Part shown: positions 10,075 to 19,697 of the stretch, piece after piece
Layout of the letters: each line of letters starts with the position of its first letter
Numbering within the stretch: position 1 is the first letter of the stretch
IMG/VR virus record: IMGVR_UViG_3300036768_000367
Span: 1,057-65,056 of that record
Strand: one strand, 5' to 3'
DNA length: 64,000 nt
DNA from: a virus
Lineage: Duplodnaviria; Caudoviricetes
Position numbers and translations under genes: made by a program
Notes under the pieces: generated by a model
Database searches by the model: none
The model's input: only the letters and a program-made list of their open reading frames with translations
What the model was told of the DNA's origin: nothing

Positions 10075-10350
10075 ATGAAAATAGAATCTTATGGTTATAA
10101 ATTTTTAATAGCTGATGTGGGTAGCCGAATTATCAAGGGAAAGACACTTGTAGCAACTAGCCACAAGGAAGCTTTTCAATATTTTTGTGATATCTTAGAG
10201 TCTGGGTTTGCAGTTTGGATCTGTCTGTATAGACACGACAAATTTTTAGGCGGTACTAGCCTATCTGTTGATGAGTATACCGATCTTGGCAGTGAGGATG
10301 CCTGGCTCTATGCGATGAAGCATTGTGAGGCGTCTAATGATGATAAGTGA
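10075..10350 (+). CDS. Small hypothetical protein (MKIxxY-leader family)
   Basis: Begins MKIESYG. Confidence 0.6.
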   Translation: MKIESYGYKFLIADVGSRIIKGKTLVATSHKEAFQYFCDILESGFAVWICLYRHDKFLGGTSLSVDEYTDLGSEDAWLYAMKHCEASNDDK

Positions 10351-10672
10351 TTATCCTCCTAAAATTTCTGAGGGAATGATTTGCTATACCAAGAGAGATG
10401 TGATAATTGCTCATAATGAGATATATGGAATTAACAAAGTTATTCCAAAACAGACATTGGTTCAAATTAAGCGCAAGGCTGCGGTAAGTTTAAATGTTGA
10501 CAGTATAGAGTGCTATGTTGTATATTTTAAACTGTCTACTGGTATCATCTCTGATACTACTATAGAGAGGCGACATCTTGCGTATTATTCCAAAACTATA
10601 AAAGATCTATGGAGCAACTATGACAGATATGCAAAAGACTTACAAGATAAGCTTTCATTGCAAGCCAATTAA
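10337..10672 (+). CDS. Small hypothetical protein (MKIxxY-leader family)
   Basis: GAGG RBS, ATG at 10337 gives MMISDYP. Confidence 0.6.
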   Translation: MMISDYPPKISEGMICYTKRDVIIAHNEIYGINKVIPKQTLVQIKRKAAVSLNVDSIECYVVYFKLSTGIISDTTIERRHLAYYSKTIKDLWSNYDRYAKDLQDKLSLQAN

Positions 10673-10871
10673 AAAATCTGAAACATTAGTTGCATTTAAA
10701 GAGAAAGTCGCCTTGTTGGGCGACTCTTTCTTTATTTCATTTTCAGGCAATGTTCCGATTATAACCACTAGCGTGTCGGGCATTCACGAGATCCATAGCA
10801 TAATAACAAATGTCGAGAGCACTTGTTCTACCACAGTTGAGTTTCTTGGTACCGATCCTTGGCTTCTATAA
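10620..10871 (+). CDS. Hypothetical protein
   Basis: GGAG RBS upstream; 83 aa; overlaps the previous ORF. Confidence 0.5.
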   Translation: MTDMQKTYKISFHCKPIKKSETLVAFKEKVALLGDSFFISFSGNVPIITTSVSGIHEIHSIITNVESTCSTTVEFLGTDPWLL

Positions 10872-11279
10872 TCACTTTACAGGATAAAATTCAAATTGCT
10901 CATCATATGACGCTGGTGCATATTGTTGCTTAAGAGACGCAACATCGGCAGCCATCTTTGTTTTAAGCTCTTGCAAATTACGAGCTACGTACTGCTTGTT
11001 CCATACAATTTTGTTTTCCATGACTTGGTTATTCTCGACTGGTCTAACCATCAGAGTAACCTCGGCCTTGACATGTGAACTTGGTGGTGGCTCATCCATA
11101 TCGCTTAGAGACTGATAAACATTGGCTTTAACGCCAACGCGACCCTTGGCAAATATGTCAAATTTACGTTCACCAGTGGCTTCGGATATAATTGCATCAA
11201 CCATTGATGCTTCCTCCGTTAAGCCCTTTTCATCCAGACTATTGGCTAAATTAACCAGTTTTGCGATAATGTGCTTCAT
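10872..11279 (-). CDS. Hypothetical protein with KLxxxAxxLDxxG helical leader (possible internal head protein)
   Basis: Only convincing minus-strand gene; AGGAGG RBS; late-type motif ATACTAATAA upstream on the minus strand (11317-11326); N-terminus matches ORF 46179. Confidence 0.75.
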   Translation of the reverse strand: MKHIIAKLVNLANSLDEKGLTEEASMVDAIISEATGERKFDIFAKGRVGVKANVYQSLSDMDEPPPSSHVKAEVTLMVRPVENNQVMENKIVWNKQYVARNLQELKTKMAADVASLKQQYAPASYDEQFEFYPVK

Positions 11280-11372
11280 CGATCCCTCCTAGAGACTTGT
11301 GTATACGTTTGCGCTATTATTAGTATACCCTCTAATAATAGGAGTGTATAGAATAAGAATGTATAAAGTATT

Positions 11373-11570
11373 ATGACTAATATTACCAGATGCGTGTGTT
11401 ATTCTATTAAATTTGAAGAGCTTAAGGAGATAGCCAAAGATAAAGGAATAACCGATTTTGAGACTTTAAAAAATGAGCGCACGTGCGGAATGCGTTGCAA
11501 GATGTGTGTTCCATATATTAAAAAGATGCTGGAAACTGGGCAGGTCGAATTTTTAGATGCGCTAGAATAG
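11373..11570 (+). CDS. BFD-like [2Fe-2S]-binding protein
   Basis: RCVC...TCGMRCKMCVPYI cysteine pattern of bacterioferritin-associated ferredoxin-like domains; 65 aa. Confidence 0.75.
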   Translation: MTNITRCVCYSIKFEELKEIAKDKGITDFETLKNERTCGMRCKMCVPYIKKMLETGQVEFLDALE

Positions 11571-11628
11571 TCTTCGGGCGCATAATTCGTTTATTAATAA
11601 TCTTCATATATGCATCAAGGAGAACTCT

Positions 11629-13086
11629 ATGCAGCAATTAAATTTCGTCCGTTCAAGATGTGTGGTAAAAAACAATAGCAAAAGAGCCGTAAAGCTACTG
11701 GGAAGAGCCACTTTGCCGCCCTCAGGAGAATCATGTGATCTATTTGAAATTATTCCAAATTTATCTGAGATCCTGATAATTGATGCTCTTAGGCAGCCAG
11801 ATGGCGAGTTATTTCAGAGAAAACAAGAAGGACAAATTGATATACTAGAATGTGACTTGGTTGTATTTAATAATGCCAATGTAAAACCAGTGGTAAATGT
11901 TTCAGGTGTTGCTAATGTCAGCGTAGAGGCTCCATTAACTTTTCAAGATGGCCAGATTAAAATTCCAAAAGCCAATGAATACAATGATGGGTTTTTGTCT
12001 AAATTCGATTTTGTTGATCTTAAAAGACAGAGTTTTAAAATTACTGTTTGGCAGTATCAAGATTTTAAATCTATAAGTGATATTACAATAAAATTAAGTC
12101 AATTTAATAACTTTAATTTTGATTCCAGTGCTATTGTAAATGGCAGTGCTTTTATAGTAGATGCTGATGCACCAGAGCGGCCACTTCATCGCTCCAATAG
12201 TCTGGCTAGATTCTTTGGTAAAAATGACTTTGTTAAAGTACAGAGTCATGTCAAAGATACTGTAGTTCTTGATGGAACAGTACCTGACGGTAAATCTCTT
12301 AGAGTCTATTTTCTAGTATCAGCTTTGCCGCAAGATATTACGGCCAATAAAGTTTTACCAGCAGTCCCAGATATAGTTCGTCGTGCGCGAATTGAAGTTA
12401 TTGAGGCCAATACAGTCGAAAGCGGCAAATCATCGGTTATTGCTGGAGAAAAGCGTTTCATAAATAAAACAATCTTTACTAGTGTGGGGATTGGATGTGA
12501 GCCAGGCGATGCTGCTTTAGCGGTAGATGGTTTAATAAAAAGCAAGCAAATTACTCTGACCCAGGGAGCCAAGGCTGGTCACGTTTTGGTCTCGAATTCA
12601 CTGGGACAAGGCGAGTGGACAGCGCCTATTATCTCCTCTGAAATAGCGCCTATAACTGACATACCAGGATCACTTTGGTATAAAATACCAGATAATTCTT
12701 TGTACTACCTGAACTCAGAGCTTAACAAATGGCTTAGCGTGGAAAGTGAATTTATAACCCTACGATCATCACAAGTAGCTGTGAGCAACTCTTATCTTGA
12801 TATAGTTGATAATGGTTATGCCCAGACACCGTCTATAATTAAGGTTTTTGATTATGTTGTTACGGATCTAGAGTTTAATGTAGAGCAGGCTGCGCCGATG
12901 GCGGTAGAGCTACATTCTGATAGTGGCATCATAAAAGATGCTAAGTTTGAGTTTGCGGAGGGCAACAAGAAACACCTGAAAGGACTGAATATTCCTATTA
13001 AATCTGGTATTCCATTAAGAGTATTTATTAACGGAAGTAATATAATAAAACCAAAAGTTAAGTTAAAAATAAAAGCTATGGTATGA
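11629..13086 (+). CDS. Virion structural protein (fibre/collar-like), paralog of 13097
   Basis: AAGGAG RBS; shares WQYQDF, DGxL(S/T)KxD and GAxxGxVLxSxxxGxGxW with 13097. Confidence 0.6.
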   Translation: MQQLNFVRSRCVVKNNSKRAVKLLGRATLPPSGESCDLFEIIPNLSEILIIDALRQPDGELFQRKQEGQIDILECDLVVFNNANVKPVVNVSGVANVSVEAPLTFQDGQIKIPKANEYNDGFLSKFDFVDLKRQSFKITVWQYQDFKSISDITIKLSQFNNFNFDSSAIVNGSAFIVDADAPERPLHRSNSLARFFGKNDFVKVQSHVKDTVVLDGTVPDGKSLRVYFLVSALPQDITANKVLPAVPDIVRRARIEVIEANTVESGKSSVIAGEKRFINKTIFTSVGIGCEPGDAALAVDGLIKSKQITLTQGAKAGHVLVSNSLGQGEWTAPIISSEIAPITDIPGSLWYKIPDNSLYYLNSELNKWLSVESEFITLRSSQVAVSNSYLDIVDNGYAQTPSIIKVFDYVVTDLEFNVEQAAPMAVELHSDSGIIKDAKFEFAEGNKKHLKGLNIPIKSGIPLRVFINGSNIIKPKVKLKIKAMV

Positions 13087-13096
13087 ATGAGATGCT

Positions 13097-14476
13097 ATGC
13101 CAGTTAAATTCTATACGCCTAGACTAGTAATTAGAAATATTACTCATAATAAAGCTGTAGCGATATTTGATGAATATAGAATTCAGCCAGGCGAACAGAT
13201 TGATATTTTTGATGTATTTGATCCACTAGATTTAGAAGAGGATCGAATTCTCAAGGCCCTAGAGAAGCCTTGGGGAGACTTGTATCAAGAAGTCGTCGTA
13301 AAACAAACCCTAGAAATAGTAGCTCTAGATCTACCGTCTTTTCATTATAATATAGTTGCACCTATTGATCTTAATGCTATCAATGCACCAGGGCCAGGTC
13401 AGTTACCTGCATATTTGGATGATGATAGATTTCAATGGGTATCTGCAGCTGGAATTTCCGTTGCGCCACCGCTAATTCTAACAGGTAATTTTATTTACAT
13501 GCCTCCTGCAAATGGTTCGCAGGACGGCTATTTGACTAAAGAAGATTATGCAGCCTTTATGGCTGGTATCAAACGTCAACAAAAGATATGGCAATATCAG
13601 GACTTCGGTTCGCCTGTTAGCACCTCTTTGACCATTAGTGCATTTCAAAATGGCACTGGTCTCGCATTTAATTCTAGCTACATAGTTCCAAATACTGCTA
13701 CTATAGTTTTAACTTCTGATAATTCAAAGCCGCCGACTACAACTTTATCCATACCTGGCCGTTGGTTGCCAGGAAATCGTGTAGAGGTTAGCTCACATAC
13801 TGGTACCACTGTTATACTAGATCAACTTCCAGAGCCTAGTTTAAACTGTAGAGTGTGGTATTTAATTTCATTGCCAGCCTCGATACCAGCGCCGATTGAT
13901 TATATTGAAGCGCCACAGTTCGTTGCACAGGGCAATCTAGATACTCTTGATGATTTATATTTAAATCAAGAAGGTAATGAAACTGTCTATGGAATTAAGA
14001 CATTTGAAAATAGGCCTATTTTTAATGATTCCATCAGAATCCCGCCTGGCGCAGTAGATGGTTATGTTTTAACCAGCGATGGTAGTGGAAACGGTAGCTG
14101 GAAGCCTCCTACCGCCACGGTTGATAATACGGATGTTTTCACGGTTGGCGCTGGCCGAGCTAGTTCTAAAGCCTCTAATATTTATTTAAGAACTTATGAT
14201 GGTGCTACCACACTTACTTCCCCGTTTGTTGTTCCATTTAACTGTACTTTGATAGCTATGAGTGCTTCATCAGAAACGGCTGCAACATGGACTGCTGAGG
14301 TGCATGTTGGGCAATCTTTAGTAGCTGGGGCTACATTATCTTTGGTAGCAACTGATACGGCTTATGCTACTAAAAACATACCCTTTGCGGCGGGGACTAG
14401 AATACAGTTTTTTTGCAATGGCTCGAATATACCGTTTCCTCGTATTAATTTATTCTTTTTACGAGACAAACCGTAA
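13097..14476 (+). CDS. Virion structural protein (fibre-like)
   Basis: ETVYGIKTF and GAVDGYVLTSDGSGNGSW fibre motifs; C-terminal domain (ASNIYLRTxDG) shared with 14538. Confidence 0.65.
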   Translation: MPVKFYTPRLVIRNITHNKAVAIFDEYRIQPGEQIDIFDVFDPLDLEEDRILKALEKPWGDLYQEVVVKQTLEIVALDLPSFHYNIVAPIDLNAINAPGPGQLPAYLDDDRFQWVSAAGISVAPPLILTGNFIYMPPANGSQDGYLTKEDYAAFMAGIKRQQKIWQYQDFGSPVSTSLTISAFQNGTGLAFNSSYIVPNTATIVLTSDNSKPPTTTLSIPGRWLPGNRVEVSSHTGTTVILDQLPEPSLNCRVWYLISLPASIPAPIDYIEAPQFVAQGNLDTLDDLYLNQEGNETVYGIKTFENRPIFNDSIRIPPGAVDGYVLTSDGSGNGSWKPPTATVDNTDVFTVGAGRASSKASNIYLRTYDGATTLTSPFVVPFNCTLIAMSASSETAATWTAEVHVGQSLVAGATLSLVATDTAYATKNIPFAAGTRIQFFCNGSNIPFPRINLFFLRDKP

Positions 14477-14537
14477 TATATCAATATTTAAATAAACGAG
14501 AAGGCAGTCAGTTAATTTTTTTTCGAGGTGAGTGCAT

Positions 14538-15815
14538 ATGGCATTATATGTTCGTACATCATCTGGTGGTACTGGTCCAAATGTTACATTATTTGATTTA
14601 GGTATAACAATTGCTACTGGTGCTGGATGGACGTTATTGTCCGCTGCCGATGGTTACGGTCCAGAGGAATTGGCTGGACAGTTTACTGCTATTGAACTTA
14701 AAGAATCTGGTGATCTATTTGCAGCACTTACTGGAACTCCTACACTAGAATGGTCAACTGACGGTGTGAACGCTAGAACTGATGACTATGACATGGACGT
14801 TCAGTTAGTAATCGAGGCTCAGAATAATAGTTGGGACTTTACACATGGTCGCATAACATTACCAAATGTATTTGGACCATATTCCGACCCACGTCCTGGC
14901 GACATCTATTATGATGCTGACGATGGCTACTTGGCTTTTTACGATGGTACTCAAACCATGTATGTTGCTTTGACCGAGAGCGGCTCTATAAATGACCACG
15001 GCGTATTAAGCGGTCTACTGGATGATGACCACACTCAATATCTATTGCTCACTGGTAATGCCACTCGCAACACTATAACTGGTACTGTTAATATCACTGG
15101 TGGCCGTTTGCGCTTGCCATCTAATACTGATCCAGCTGCAAACTTTGCAACTCCAGTTGCTGGTGAAATTGCTTATGATTCTAATGATGGTTACCTGGTA
15201 TTCTACAATGGTACTAATTGGGTCAATGCGACTTACGGCGCTGATCATGGATCATTGGCTGGTTTGTTAGATGATGACCACACTCAGTATGCATTGTTAA
15301 CTGGTAATGCTGCGCGTAACGCAATTACTGGCACTTTTGATTTTGGTGACGGTTATTTGATCGCTCCTACTTATAACATAGCTCCTACAACCAGTGTTGT
15401 AGATGGTGCACTTGCTATAGTAGATGGCGTAATGTATGCATATGACGGCACTCGTACCAAGTGGCTCTCTGTAGATCGCAAGATGATCTGGGCTGCTCGT
15501 GATGCTAACAATGCATCTAATATTTACTTAAGAACTATGGATGGCCTTGCCACATCTACCACTGGTTATCGCGCATTGCGCAATGGTACTATAACTGGCA
15601 TGGTTGCTCAAACCGAATCTGCCTCTACGTGGACCTTGCGTATTCGCAGAAATAATGTTGTAACTAATATTGCATCATTGTCTGTTACTGGTACTGGTAC
15701 ACAAACAACCACAACTAACGTGGACTTTGTACAAGGAGATAAGCTAGAACTATACTGCGATGGAACCAGTGTCGCAAGACCGCTAGCTGGAATAGAGATA
15801 GCCTGGCGCATCTGA
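14538..15815 (+). CDS. Virion fibre protein with DHGxLxGLLDDDHTQY repeats
   Basis: GAGGTG RBS before ATG 14538; two copies of DHG.L.GLLDDDHTQY.LLTGNA.RN.ITGT; GxIxYD..DGYL.FY.GT repeats. Confidence 0.7.
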   Translation: MALYVRTSSGGTGPNVTLFDLGITIATGAGWTLLSAADGYGPEELAGQFTAIELKESGDLFAALTGTPTLEWSTDGVNARTDDYDMDVQLVIEAQNNSWDFTHGRITLPNVFGPYSDPRPGDIYYDADDGYLAFYDGTQTMYVALTESGSINDHGVLSGLLDDDHTQYLLLTGNATRNTITGTVNITGGRLRLPSNTDPAANFATPVAGEIAYDSNDGYLVFYNGTNWVNATYGADHGSLAGLLDDDHTQYALLTGNAARNAITGTFDFGDGYLIAPTYNIAPTTSVVDGALAIVDGVMYAYDGTRTKWLSVDRKMIWAARDANNASNIYLRTMDGLATSTTGYRALRNGTITGMVAQTESASTWTLRIRRNNVVTNIASLSVTGTGTQTTTTNVDFVQGDKLELYCDGTSVARPLAGIEIAWRI

Positions 15816-15831
15816 TAAAGGATAAGCTAGT

Positions 15832-17085
15832 ATGCAATTCTTAATCAGTACAACTGGAACAGATGTCCTCGTCTCTGACTTGGGTGTATTTATACCGCAC
15901 CCAACCATAGACAGGGACCTTTCTATTGAATTTACTCCAGAAGAGATTGCTAAAAGCGCATCCCTTACTTACAATATTACAAATGGATATTTAACACTAA
16001 AATTAGAGAGTCTTGAATATGGAGTTTATGATGTAGAGCCTGATAATTACGACTCTTATTCATTACTACAGCAGAGTCTATCACCAGAGCTTGTTGAAAA
16101 ATACGTGCTAGAGCGCGAATTGCAGGCTAGTTTTTCAGATACTCAAGTAGTAGCCAACTCTTTTCCAAAAAGCATATCATCAACTACCGCTGTGACGAAT
16201 CTCTTGGTATGTAATACTGCCAAGTTCCAAGATTGGCGCGTAGCAGTTGGAGATGACGTATATATTTTTGGAAGCAGCTTTAATGACGGGTATTATAAAG
16301 TTGCTAGTGTAATTGATCAGAGAAAAATTACTACAGTTGAGCCATTAGTGACATCGACTTCTTCTGGATATATATATATTTTTAATCCTGCTGGATCTAC
16401 AAAAGTAGGCGTGAAAGATACTACGTTTTCCGTAATTAGTGGAAATAATTTACAAACAGTTTTAGAAAGTATAGATACCAGCCTAGCAAATATAGGCGCT
16501 CCAGTTTTGCCTGGAGATCATGATAATTATGATACTTTAGTGCATAATCTTGCAGAGGATTATTATGAAGAGTATACTTATACTGGTAATGTTATTACAA
16601 ATAACACAATATGGTCTAATATATCTAAAGTTTTAAAGATAAGAGAATATCAGTATATATATGTACTAAATAAACTGTATCAGGAAATACAGATACAATA
16701 CAACAACTCTGGTGTAGAAGTACAAAGATTAGTAAAAACATATAATTATTCTGGAAACAAGGTAGCCAGCATCAGTGTTACTGAAACTGGTTCTCCGATA
16801 CCAACCGATCATGAAGAATACGATACGCTAGTTCACAATTTGGCGGAAACCAGTTTTGAAGAGTATATATATTACAATGAATTGGTATCAAAAATAATTG
16901 TTTGGACAAATGCTCTTAAGGTATTGAAAATAAGGGAGCATCAGTATTCATATTCTGGTGGTAAGATCGTGCAGTCGATAGATATACAGTATAACAATGC
17001 TGGAATAGAAATTGAGAGATTGACTAATAATTATAACTATAGTAGCAACAAGCTTGTAAATATCAATGTAGTGGAGAGTGTATGA
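15832..17085 (+). CDS. Virion structural protein with duplicated C-terminal domain
   Basis: Two copies of about 100 aa: DHxxYDTLVHNLAE..EEY.Y...KVLKIRE.QY...IQYNN.G.E..RL...YNYS.NK. Confidence 0.65.
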   Translation: MQFLISTTGTDVLVSDLGVFIPHPTIDRDLSIEFTPEEIAKSASLTYNITNGYLTLKLESLEYGVYDVEPDNYDSYSLLQQSLSPELVEKYVLERELQASFSDTQVVANSFPKSISSTTAVTNLLVCNTAKFQDWRVAVGDDVYIFGSSFNDGYYKVASVIDQRKITTVEPLVTSTSSGYIYIFNPAGSTKVGVKDTTFSVISGNNLQTVLESIDTSLANIGAPVLPGDHDNYDTLVHNLAEDYYEEYTYTGNVITNNTIWSNISKVLKIREYQYIYVLNKLYQEIQIQYNNSGVEVQRLVKTYNYSGNKVASISVTETGSPIPTDHEEYDTLVHNLAETSFEEYIYYNELVSKIIVWTNALKVLKIREHQYSYSGGKIVQSIDIQYNNAGIEIERLTNNYNYSSNKLVNINVVESV

Positions 17086-19697
17086 GTGGAACTATAATAG
17101 TTAATCAGGTAAGTTCTGAACTTTTTGATGGTTATAGTTCGCCATTAGCCAAACAAGATGGCTATGCCTTAACTGCACTAAGCTCAGGCTACTTGTCGAT
17201 GGGCAAGGACAATCTTGGCCTGGCTCGTATTTTCAAAGTTAGTACCGATGGTACTCTTAAAATAGATGGTAGTGACGTAACACAGCCAGTTAGCTGGACT
17301 GAACAAACTGTTTCTGTAACGCAAGCTACTGCAACTAATCTAAAGGCTCAGGCAGAAGCGTATCAAGGTGGTACCGCTGTAGGAGCTGCAAATCCGCTAC
17401 AAGTCTCTTTGGCAAACACTGGGTCAAATGCTACGGCTATTAAAGTTGATGGTTCAGCCGTAACCCAACCAGTATCAGGAACAGTAACAGCGAACGCTGG
17501 TACAGGTAATTTTGGCGTTAATTTAACACAGTTGTCTGGCATTAGTATTTCAACTGGAAATGGTGTTGCTAGCACAGGTACGTTAAGAGTTGCAATAGCT
17601 TCTGACAATACTGCTTTTGCTGTAAATGCAGCACAGTCTGGAACATGGTCTTCGCGTACACAGGATGGCTACGGAAGTGTGATAACTTCGCATTCAGCTG
17701 GTTCATCTAGGGGTATAGACGTATCTATATTAGATGGCTCTGGAAATCAAGTTACTTCTTTTGGTGGATCTCAATATATTGAAGATGAGGCCAGTACTGG
17801 TGGGGAATCAATAACATTATCTGGAGCCATTCGTCAAGATACATTGTCAGTTACGACATCTGCTGATGGCGATTATTCTAACTTAAAAGTAAATTCTCTT
17901 GGAAGATTGTATACATCAACTACAATAGATGCATCATTGCCAGCTGGTACAAACGCTATTGGTAAACTTTCAGCAAATGATGGCATAGATATTGGCGATG
18001 TTACAATAAACAATTCTGCTGGCGCGGCCGCAGTTAATATACAAGATGGTGGTAATTCAATTACTGTTGATAATAGCGGCACTTTTGCCGTGCAAGCTGC
18101 ACAGAGCGGCACATGGAATATAAACAATATTTCTGGTACAATCTCGTTACCATCTGGCGCAGCTACAGAGACTACTCTTAGCTCTATTAATACAAATACC
18201 TCTGGACTTTCTTTATCACAGGGCGCCGCGACTTCAGGGCAAAAAGCAGTTCTTATTCAGGGTGCAGTTACCACTGCAGCTCCTATTTATACGACTGGCA
18301 ATAGTAATCCGCTTAGCCTGACCACCGCAGGTGCTCTTAGAGTGGATGGGTCAGCAACTACGCAGCCCGTAAGCGGCACTGTTTCAATTACTGCCAACTC
18401 ATCTGTTAATTTGAACCAAATAGCAGGAACAACCACTGCCACTGGAAATGGTGTGGCAGGTGCGGGAGTACAAAGAGTTGCTATAGCATCAGATAATACT
18501 GCTTTCTCTGTAAATGCAATACAGAGTGGTACCTGGAATATTACAAACATCTCTGGCACAATTTCTCTACCTACTGGTGCGGCAACTGAATCTTCGTTAG
18601 CAAAACTAACTCTGACCCAGGGTTCTACTACATCTGGTCAAAGTGGCGCACTTATTCAAGGAGCCGTTACTACGGCGGCGCCTTCTTACACTACTGGGCA
18701 AACCAGTCCTGTTTCATTAACTACTTCGGGAGCACTGAGAGTTGATTTAGGTTCTACGTCTGCAAATGCCACTGCAATAAAAGTAGATGGATCCGCTGTA
18801 ACTCAGCCAGTATCTGGAACAGTATCTATTACTGCAAACTCCTCTGTAAATTTAAATCAGGTTGCTGGAAATGCGGTTGCTACTGGCAATGGTGTTGCGA
18901 CTTCTGGAACACAAAGGGTTACTATCGCTTCTGATAATACTGCCTTTTCAGTCAATTCTATTCAAAGTGGTACCTGGACAATAAGAAGTCAAGATGGATA
19001 CGGAATTCCATTAACTGCTAGTAGCATAGCTCCTATCGGCACTGAGACTGGACTAATAGTAAGAAATATACCATCTGGTACACAGACTGTTTCTGGAACA
19101 GTGTCTGTAAATGGCACAGCTTCAGATAATAGCGCTAACTCATCTTCTAAGTTACCAGTTATTGCCGCGTTAGCGAACACTAGTGCTCCTACATGGACTA
19201 ACGGCAATATGGTACCATTATCGGTCGACACATCTGGTGCATTGCGTATAGCTGGAAATATTACCGCTAACAATGCATCTGTAAGCACAACAGCTAGCGC
19301 ACCACCTGCTTCGGCTACATACATAGGAGCATCAGTAACCACTTCTAAGCCAACATACACTAGCGGACAAATGAATGCACTTTCATTAACCACATCTGGT
19401 GCACTAAGAGTGGATAATATATCTGGCTCATCCACATCTTCGGTAACTAGTGTTGCATCTTCTGCAACTAATGTTACATTATTGGCTAGTAATTCTAATA
19501 GAGTTTCTGCTATGATATACAATGACTCTAACCAAAGATTATATATTAAGTTTGGTGCTACTGCTTCCACTACCAGTTTTACAGTACAAATTGCACCAGG
19601 CGGTTACTATGAGTTCCCAATGCCAATTTGGCGTGGTCAAGTAGATGGGTTATGGGCCAGTGCCAATGGATCTGCTAGAATTACGGAGTTGACATAA
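17082..19697 (+). CDS. Repetitive Ser/Thr/Gly/Ala-rich fibre protein
   Basis: Repeats KVDGSAVTQPVSGTV, RVAIASDNTAF.VN..QSGTW and LSLTTSGALRVD; small C-terminal beta domain. Confidence 0.75.
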   Translation: MSGTIIVNQVSSELFDGYSSPLAKQDGYALTALSSGYLSMGKDNLGLARIFKVSTDGTLKIDGSDVTQPVSWTEQTVSVTQATATNLKAQAEAYQGGTAVGAANPLQVSLANTGSNATAIKVDGSAVTQPVSGTVTANAGTGNFGVNLTQLSGISISTGNGVASTGTLRVAIASDNTAFAVNAAQSGTWSSRTQDGYGSVITSHSAGSSRGIDVSILDGSGNQVTSFGGSQYIEDEASTGGESITLSGAIRQDTLSVTTSADGDYSNLKVNSLGRLYTSTTIDASLPAGTNAIGKLSANDGIDIGDVTINNSAGAAAVNIQDGGNSITVDNSGTFAVQAAQSGTWNINNISGTISLPSGAATETTLSSINTNTSGLSLSQGAATSGQKAVLIQGAVTTAAPIYTTGNSNPLSLTTAGALRVDGSATTQPVSGTVSITANSSVNLNQIAGTTTATGNGVAGAGVQRVAIASDNTAFSVNAIQSGTWNITNISGTISLPTGAATESSLAKLTLTQGSTTSGQSGALIQGAVTTAAPSYTTGQTSPVSLTTSGALRVDLGSTSANATAIKVDGSAVTQPVSGTVSITANSSVNLNQVAGNAVATGNGVATSGTQRVTIASDNTAFSVNSIQSGTWTIRSQDGYGIPLTASSIAPIGTETGLIVRNIPSGTQTVSGTVSVNGTASDNSANSSSKLPVIAALANTSAPTWTNGNMVPLSVDTSGALRIAGNITANNASVSTTASAPPASATYIGASVTTSKPTYTSGQMNALSLTTSGALRVDNISGSSTSSVTSVASSATNVTLLASNSNRVSAMIYNDSNQRLYIKFGATASTTSFTVQIAPGGYYEFPMPIWRGQVDGLWASANGSARITELT

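Noticed and set aside
17082-19697. Possible CRISPR array or diversity-generating retroelement repeats
   Set aside because: The repeats are in-frame protein repeats with synonymous divergence; there are no identical spaced repeats, no adenine-specific template/variable pair and no reverse transcriptase in the window.
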